From an uncultured virus (IMG/VR IMGVR_UViG_3300042366_001473) (taxonomy: Duplodnaviria; Heunggongvirae; Uroviricota; Caudoviricetes): a stretch of DNA of 64,000 nt. The notes beneath the pieces were generated by a model. The model worked only from the letters and a program-made list of their open reading frames with translations. It did not search any database and was not told the DNA's origin. The stretch lies in IMG/VR virus record IMGVR_UViG_3300042366_001473. One strand, written 5' to 3'. Position 1 is the stretch's first letter. Each line of letters begins with the position of its first letter. Of this stretch, positions 58,805 to 64,000 are shown piece after piece. Position numbers and translations under genes: made by a program.

Positions 58805-59918
58805 TCAGCATCTCATTGAGTTCTTTCCACAGCACAGCTTCAAAGCCGCCACCATAGAAGTGATTCCAGTTGTGTTCAATTACTTCTTGGCACTGAACAA
58901 ACAGGTCTTGTTTGCCCTCTGGCGATAGCTCATCAAGGCTACGCAACAAACTGGCAATGCGTTGGATACGCACATCGTCTTCTGCGTCATCATAGCTTTC
59001 GTCCCATATGCCTTCGAACGTGCGGAACCCATAGCTACGTAAGTATTCCAAACTTCCGCGTGTGCCCACAATCACAAAAGGCATGCCCAGGGCAATGGGC
59101 TTGAAAGTTTTTTCTGTTAAGTGATGTCTACGACCAGTGGCCACAGTTTCTGTCACCAAATACAGCAAGCTTTCTGCACACTGATCAAACAAACTAAGCC
59201 AGCAGCTATGCATGGGATGGTCAGTTTCTCCCTCAAAGTTAATAGGCAAAGACTGTGCAGTAAATACTGATTCAATGTCAGTGTACTTTGTGATCAATGG
59301 TTTGACAGCTTCCAGTATAGAAATGTTTTCAGCTGGACACACAGCAGGGCAACTGACATGATTGTTGGTCATGTTGTTTTTGAATATGTGGTACAGCATT
59401 TCCAGTCTGTGTTTTCGTTCTCCAGCCACAATACGATTGGGCGCAATAAATGTTTTTGTGATCTGTCGTTGTGCAAGGGGCGTAATCAAAAATGTCTTGT
59501 CGTATCCTCGATACCAATCCAGTGCTGCCCATCCGTGAAAAAAGTAGTACAATGGTTTCCATTCAAACTTTTTGCACACTAGATCTACGTTCTCACTGTT
59601 GTACTCGCTGGTAAGCAGATACCCAGCGTCTTGGACTTTATATTCATGCTGTTTTTTTGACAACGATCGGTCATGTGTGATATCTAAATTATAGTCGTGC
59701 ACTTTGAAAAAAGTATTTGTGTGTATGTTCAAATGTATTGGCTCTTGGTCAAAAAAGAATATATAATTGTGTTCGTGTACATCATCTCTACCGTAGTTCA
59801 TAACGCTGTCTGCATCACTTCTGCCAAATGGTTCGCAGAAGAAAGCCCTAAAGCCTGGGCGGTTGGCTTTTAACCAAGGCCAAAATGTATTGTTGTAAAT
59901 TTCATCTATTCTAAGCAT
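58788..59918 (-). CDS. GT10-like 'TEK' family protein
   Basis: LVTET...LTEKTFKPIALGMPFVIVG...GFRTF...WDESYD. Confidence 0.55.
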   Translation of the reverse strand: MLRIDEIYNNTFWPWLKANRPGFRAFFCEPFGRSDADSVMNYGRDDVHEHNYIFFFDQEPIHLNIHTNTFFKVHDYNLDITHDRSLSKKQHEYKVQDAGYLLTSEYNSENVDLVCKKFEWKPLYYFFHGWAALDWYRGYDKTFLITPLAQRQITKTFIAPNRIVAGERKHRLEMLYHIFKNNMTNNHVSCPAVCPAENISILEAVKPLITKYTDIESVFTAQSLPINFEGETDHPMHSCWLSLFDQCAESLLYLVTETVATGRRHHLTEKTFKPIALGMPFVIVGTRGSLEYLRSYGFRTFEGIWDESYDDAEDDVRIQRIASLLRSLDELSPEGKQDLFVQCQEVIEHNWNHFYGGGFEAVLWKELNEMLNEIEL

Positions 59919-62900
59919 GTTTGACGTATTTTATTTTGCATCGGGACACAAGCCCAATTTGTTTGCTCATGAACGAGCAGTTGAATCTATTCAGCATGCG
60001 CAACAACTGAGTCGCACAAGGTATTTTTGGATAGCAAACTACTTAGCAGACTACTCAGACTGGGATTGGCTTTATGAGCCACCACCATGGCAAGCACATC
60101 AGCGACATGCATGGTTAGATCAATATCAAATTGATGCAGGTGTTTATCTTATTCCCAAAGCTGGATATACTGAAACAAATTATCACAGCGAGCGCACCGT
60201 ACACAGACTGCCTGATATCAGCTACTGGCACATACCCAAATGGATTGATCCTGCTAGTATAAACTATACATGGGCACCTAATCCCACAGATCCTCCGTAC
60301 ATATATGAGTTTCCTGTAGAATGGGATTGGGATAGAGTAGGTGGCCCAGAATACCGTGTGCCCGGAGCAACAGAACGCAAATACATGGATGTGTTTGTTG
60401 CTCGTACACAGTCGGATCGCAAAGACTGGCAGACACATGATAACGTAGATGAACATGATCCTGTGTTTAACTGGCACCCAAATCCATTTGATCCTCCAAT
60501 GATTTATGTGTTTGGCAATCAACATTGGCCAGCAGAATCTCGTTCTAGTGTAGAGTATCATGTGCCCGGTGCAACTGTAAAAAAGTACATGCACAATATT
60601 CGTACACAACGACTACCAGACAAAAGTAAATTTTGTTGTTTGTATCCTTGTGAGTTTGATTGGGCCTGGGAACCAGATCCTGGAGATCCGCCTTACATTT
60701 ACGTGTTTGGTAATCAGTGGTGGAGTGCAGAGAAAATGGCCACAGTTGAGTATCACGTCACCGGTGCTACTGAACGCAAATACATGGACATGACTGCCAG
60801 GATACTTGCGGACAAGACCAACTGGCAAGTACCAGATTATGTTGATCCGTTAAGCGTGGATTATTCTTGGCGGCCTGATCCAGGAGACAACCCTTACATA
60901 TATGAATTTGCTACTCAGTGGCAACCCAATGGCGGTGCTTGTTATGTAGTACCTGGTGCTGTAGAACGCAAGTATGTAGAAATATTGCATCGCAGATTAC
61001 CTAATAAACAGTTGTTTAAGAATTTAGAAATTATACAAGGATTTGATTACTCCTGGCATCCTGACAATACAGAACCGCCTTACAATTATGTGTTTGGCAA
61101 TCAACATTGGCCAGGTATAGAAATGCCCACTGTGGTTTACGAAATGTCTGGTGCAACACAGGAAAAATTTGTTGACAATGTGGTTGCTCAACTAGGTGAC
61201 AACATGGCCAACTGGGAGTTATGCGAGGATGTTGATAATAGTAGGTGGGACTGGACCTGGGTTCCTAATCCTAAAGATCCACCCTATATTTACGTGTTCG
61301 GTAATCAATGGAATCAGCCAGAGTTCAAAGCCAGTGTCAAGTATGTTGTTCCGGGCGCCATCGAAGTCAAGTACATGGATAGACGCACACGCAGACTGCC
61401 GCAACCACGCCTGTTCGGACATAACCTAGCGGTCAGTGAATTTGACTATTCGTGGGAACCAAATCCTTTTGATCCACCAATGACCTATGTGTTCGGTAAC
61501 CAATGGAACTCGGCTGTACTAGAACCCACAGTAGTGTACAATGCCGGCGGCACTGAAATCAAGTATGTAGATGATATTGTTGCTACACTAGCACAAGACG
61601 TGGCTGCTTGGGAATTGTTGGATGACATTGAATCGTTTGATTACTCCTGGCGGCCCAATCCCACAGATCCTCCTTATACGTATGTGTTTGGTAATCAGTG
61701 GCTCACGCCTGAACAACGTCCCGCATTACAGTATGCAGTAACAGGTGCTACACAAATCAAATACATGGATCATCCGCGAGCACAACGTCGTGGGGATCAT
61801 ACACGGTTTACACAACACTATCCTGCGAGCTTTGATTGGTCGTGGGAACCCGATCCAGGATCACCACCTTATAACTATGTGTTTGGTAATCAGTACTATT
61901 CAGCAGAAGTAATGCCCACTGTAGAATATCACATGCTGGGTGCTACAGAACTCAAGTACATGGATATCCCTGCACAGTTGTTGCCTCAACACGATAATCA
62001 CTGGCACACCGTCATAGACTGTGAATGGGATTATACCTGGAGACCCGAACCTGGATCACCACCCTACATCTATGTGTTTGGTAACCAGTGGTGGCCAGCA
62101 GAGAAAATGCCCACTGTAGAATATCACATGCCCAGTGCCACTGAGCGCAAGTACATGACAGGACCGGTTGCTAACTTGTTGACGAATATGACCAATTGGA
62201 CCATTCCTGAATATGTGAACACTACTGATATGGACTTCAGTTGGCAGCCAGACCCAGGCGAACCAGCCTACATCTATCAATTTGCCACACAGCATCAAAA
62301 GACTGGAGGACCGCAGTATCGCATGCCTGGTGCCACTGAGTTCAAGTATGTGGACATGATGAGGGCAGAAGTCAAGCAAGAAGCTGCACCTATATTTGAA
62401 ATTGATCACCTGGATGGCAACGCAGGGCAAATTCCAGATGTAGTTAAAAAAGTACGTTACTTTGACAACTACAGAGATACACTAATACGTTTGGCCCGGA
62501 GCCTTGTGGGGCAATACGAGCATGTGTGGATATGCAGTTCAATTTGCGATTACACTGGCTTTGACTTTTCATGGCACCCAGAGATCTGGCAAAGTACAAT
62601 GTTGCATGTATTCCCCAGCAATGAACAAAAGTTTGGGGACACATTCTACATGCATGTACCTACCTTTGCCGAACGTGCCGAAAAGAAAGCTTTGCTGGAA
62701 TGGTATAGTGTGAACTATGTATCCCGCCGGAGTGTACCACGTAGATCCATGCCTGTGATTGAACACACTGCTGATTCGCATGTGGATGCAGTCAAGAATG
62801 TAGATTGGGCCGGACCCTTGGCATTGTTCACCACAAATGGTGTGCCTATCACAATGCCCACCGTTCCTCTTTGGCGTCAAGAAGTCAAAACTATTGTGCC

Positions 62901-63720
62901 GTTGAGCACAGGTGCCAGTGCAGTGATTGTGCCAAAAGTAGCTCGAGGTGATGTTAAAACGCAACTGTACGATTATGCACATATTGACAAGACACAACGT
63001 AAACGTCATGGCGATCAGCCACTGGACATTGTGTTTATCAGCAATGGCGAACCCAATTCTGCATCTAATTATTTGCAAATGCAGATGTATCTAGCCAACT
63101 CATCACATACCAACAAAGTACATATGGTATCAGGAGTAAAAGGTCGTGTGGCAGCTTATCATGCGGCAGCACGAGCCAGTACCACACCTTGGTTCTTTGC
63201 TGTGTTTGCCAAGTTAGAAGTTGACGCCAAGTTTGATTGGACCTGGCAGCCAGATCGTATGCAACAGCCCAAGCACTATATCTTTCATGCTGGCAATCCT
63301 GTCAATGGATTGGTGTATGGTCACCAAGCCATGATTGCCTACAACAAGAAGTTGGCGTTGGAGAACACAGGTGTTGGCCTGGACTTTACGCTAGATCAGG
63401 CGCACGAAGTTGTACCTATTCTCAGTGGCACAGCCAACTATGCTGAATCGCCTTGGATGGCCTGGCGCACAGCTTTCCGTGAAGCACTTAAACTACGTGC
63501 AAGTTTACCCAACGTGGAAAATGAATACAGACTCAATGTCTGGTTAAAAGAAGACTCCGGCACCATTGCCAATGGACATTGGAGTCATAAAGGCGCACAG
63601 GATGCTGTGGAGTACTATGAAGAGGTCAAAGGTGATCCCACTGAGCTCCGCAAGAGCTACGAGTGGGATTGGCTCGCAAGCTATGCGTTTGTCAAACGTT
63701 CTTTAACACCTGATCAGTGA
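59917..63720 (+). CDS. Trp/Pro-rich tandem-repeat protein with C-terminal glycosyltransferase-like domain
   Basis: Eleven ~65-aa repeats followed by DIVFISNGEP...GVKGRVAAYHAAA...NGLVYGH...AWRTAFREALK, homologous to 41610-42533. Confidence 0.8.
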   Translation: MFDVFYFASGHKPNLFAHERAVESIQHAQQLSRTRYFWIANYLADYSDWDWLYEPPPWQAHQRHAWLDQYQIDAGVYLIPKAGYTETNYHSERTVHRLPDISYWHIPKWIDPASINYTWAPNPTDPPYIYEFPVEWDWDRVGGPEYRVPGATERKYMDVFVARTQSDRKDWQTHDNVDEHDPVFNWHPNPFDPPMIYVFGNQHWPAESRSSVEYHVPGATVKKYMHNIRTQRLPDKSKFCCLYPCEFDWAWEPDPGDPPYIYVFGNQWWSAEKMATVEYHVTGATERKYMDMTARILADKTNWQVPDYVDPLSVDYSWRPDPGDNPYIYEFATQWQPNGGACYVVPGAVERKYVEILHRRLPNKQLFKNLEIIQGFDYSWHPDNTEPPYNYVFGNQHWPGIEMPTVVYEMSGATQEKFVDNVVAQLGDNMANWELCEDVDNSRWDWTWVPNPKDPPYIYVFGNQWNQPEFKASVKYVVPGAIEVKYMDRRTRRLPQPRLFGHNLAVSEFDYSWEPNPFDPPMTYVFGNQWNSAVLEPTVVYNAGGTEIKYVDDIVATLAQDVAAWELLDDIESFDYSWRPNPTDPPYTYVFGNQWLTPEQRPALQYAVTGATQIKYMDHPRAQRRGDHTRFTQHYPASFDWSWEPDPGSPPYNYVFGNQYYSAEVMPTVEYHMLGATELKYMDIPAQLLPQHDNHWHTVIDCEWDYTWRPEPGSPPYIYVFGNQWWPAEKMPTVEYHMPSATERKYMTGPVANLLTNMTNWTIPEYVNTTDMDFSWQPDPGEPAYIYQFATQHQKTGGPQYRMPGATEFKYVDMMRAEVKQEAAPIFEIDHLDGNAGQIPDVVKKVRYFDNYRDTLIRLARSLVGQYEHVWICSSICDYTGFDFSWHPEIWQSTMLHVFPSNEQKFGDTFYMHVPTFAERAEKKALLEWYSVNYVSRRSVPRRSMPVIEHTADSHVDAVKNVDWAGPLALFTTNGVPITMPTVPLWRQEVKTIVPLSTGASAVIVPKVARGDVKTQLYDYAHIDKTQRKRHGDQPLDIVFISNGEPNSASNYLQMQMYLANSSHTNKVHMVSGVKGRVAAYHAAARASTTPWFFAVFAKLEVDAKFDWTWQPDRMQQPKHYIFHAGNPVNGLVYGHQAMIAYNKKLALENTGVGLDFTLDQAHEVVPILSGTANYAESPWMAWRTAFREALKLRASLPNVENEYRLNVWLKEDSGTIANGHWSHKGAQDAVEYYEEVKGDPTELRKSYEWDWLASYAFVKRSLTPDQ
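60220..62360 (+). repeat. Eleven in-frame ~65-codon repeats (consensus FDYSWxPDPxDPPYIYVFGNQW...PTVEYHxPGATExKYMD)
   Basis: Counted directly in the translation; boundaries are approximate. The DNA motif GTGTTTGGTAATCAGT recurs with variation. Confidence 0.9.
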
Positions 63721-64000
63721 CATATTCCACATCTAAGTCTGACAACTCAGGATAGATAGGCAAACTCAACACACGCTGGCTCAGTGCAGTGGCTACACTC
63801 ATCATGTTGGGCCCGGGGAATTGTCTCAACACAGAGTTATCGTGCAAGGGTTGCTCATAGTGTATTCGTGTGTCAATACTGGCGTTCCACAGTTTCTCTT
63901 GCAGTCGATTGCGCTGATCAACATCAATCACAAACTTGTGAAACGCATGATTGTGCTCATTGTGTTCGTTGATCAAACAGCGTATGCTGGTATTTGCAAA
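63692..64000 (-). CDS. DegT/DnrJ/EryC1/StrS PLP-dependent sugar aminotransferase, C-terminal part (continues beyond window)
   Basis: Frame is open to base 64000; HKFVI...IDTRIHYEQPLH...VLSLPIYPELSDLDVEYV. Confidence 0.85.
   Translation of the reverse strand, partial: FANTSIRCLINEHNEHNHAFHKFVIDVDQRNRLQEKLWNASIDTRIHYEQPLHDNSVLRQFPGPNMMSVATALSQRVLSLPIYPELSDLDVEYVTDQVLKNV

Noticed and set aside
60220..62360. CRISPR array or DGR template/variable repeats
   Set aside because: The repeats are in-frame and degenerate at synonymous positions, with no identical repeat-spacer pattern. There is no adenine-specific variation and no cas or reverse transcriptase gene in the window.
1..64000. Stop-codon reassignment or inteins in core genes
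   Set aside because: Genes, including the 14.7-kb ORF, are intact under code 11. gp46's extra length is explained by coiled-coil duplication, and no intein C1/HN-C motifs were seen.

Overview
This window is part of the genome of a large T4-like (Caudoviricetes, myovirus-type) bacteriophage. Genes are densely packed and intact under genetic code 11. It has four parts. (1) 169-612 is a ~440-nt, hairpin-dense non-coding element directly downstream of a stand-alone GIY-YIG nuclease gene. (2) 613-10027 is a minus-strand operon with late sigma factor gp55 and the gp47/gp46 (Mre11/Rad50-like) nuclease. It is interleaved with tailoring enzymes: an SGNH-like protein, a B12 radical SAM, an SDR, a radical SAM and a 2OG-Fe(II) oxygenase. 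(3) 10138-39389 is a plus-strand baseplate/tail module (gp53-, gp5-, gp25- and gp6-like genes, a 4900-aa structural protein and a tail fibre), preceded by TAAATA late-promoter boxes. (4) 39444-64000 is a >24-kb biosynthetic island. It holds GT-A-like glycosyltransferases, five N-terminal-twitch radical SAM paralogues, four GT10-like paralogues, a GDP-mannose 3,5-epimerase-like enzyme, a carbamoyltransferase, an amidinotransferase, a DegT-type aminotransferase and an 11-repeat Trp/Pro-rich protein. The two best candidates for an undescribed system are the GIY-YIG plus large structured RNA pair and the phage-encoded glycan-tailoring island. All product calls come from motifs read by eye; no searches or folding programs were run.
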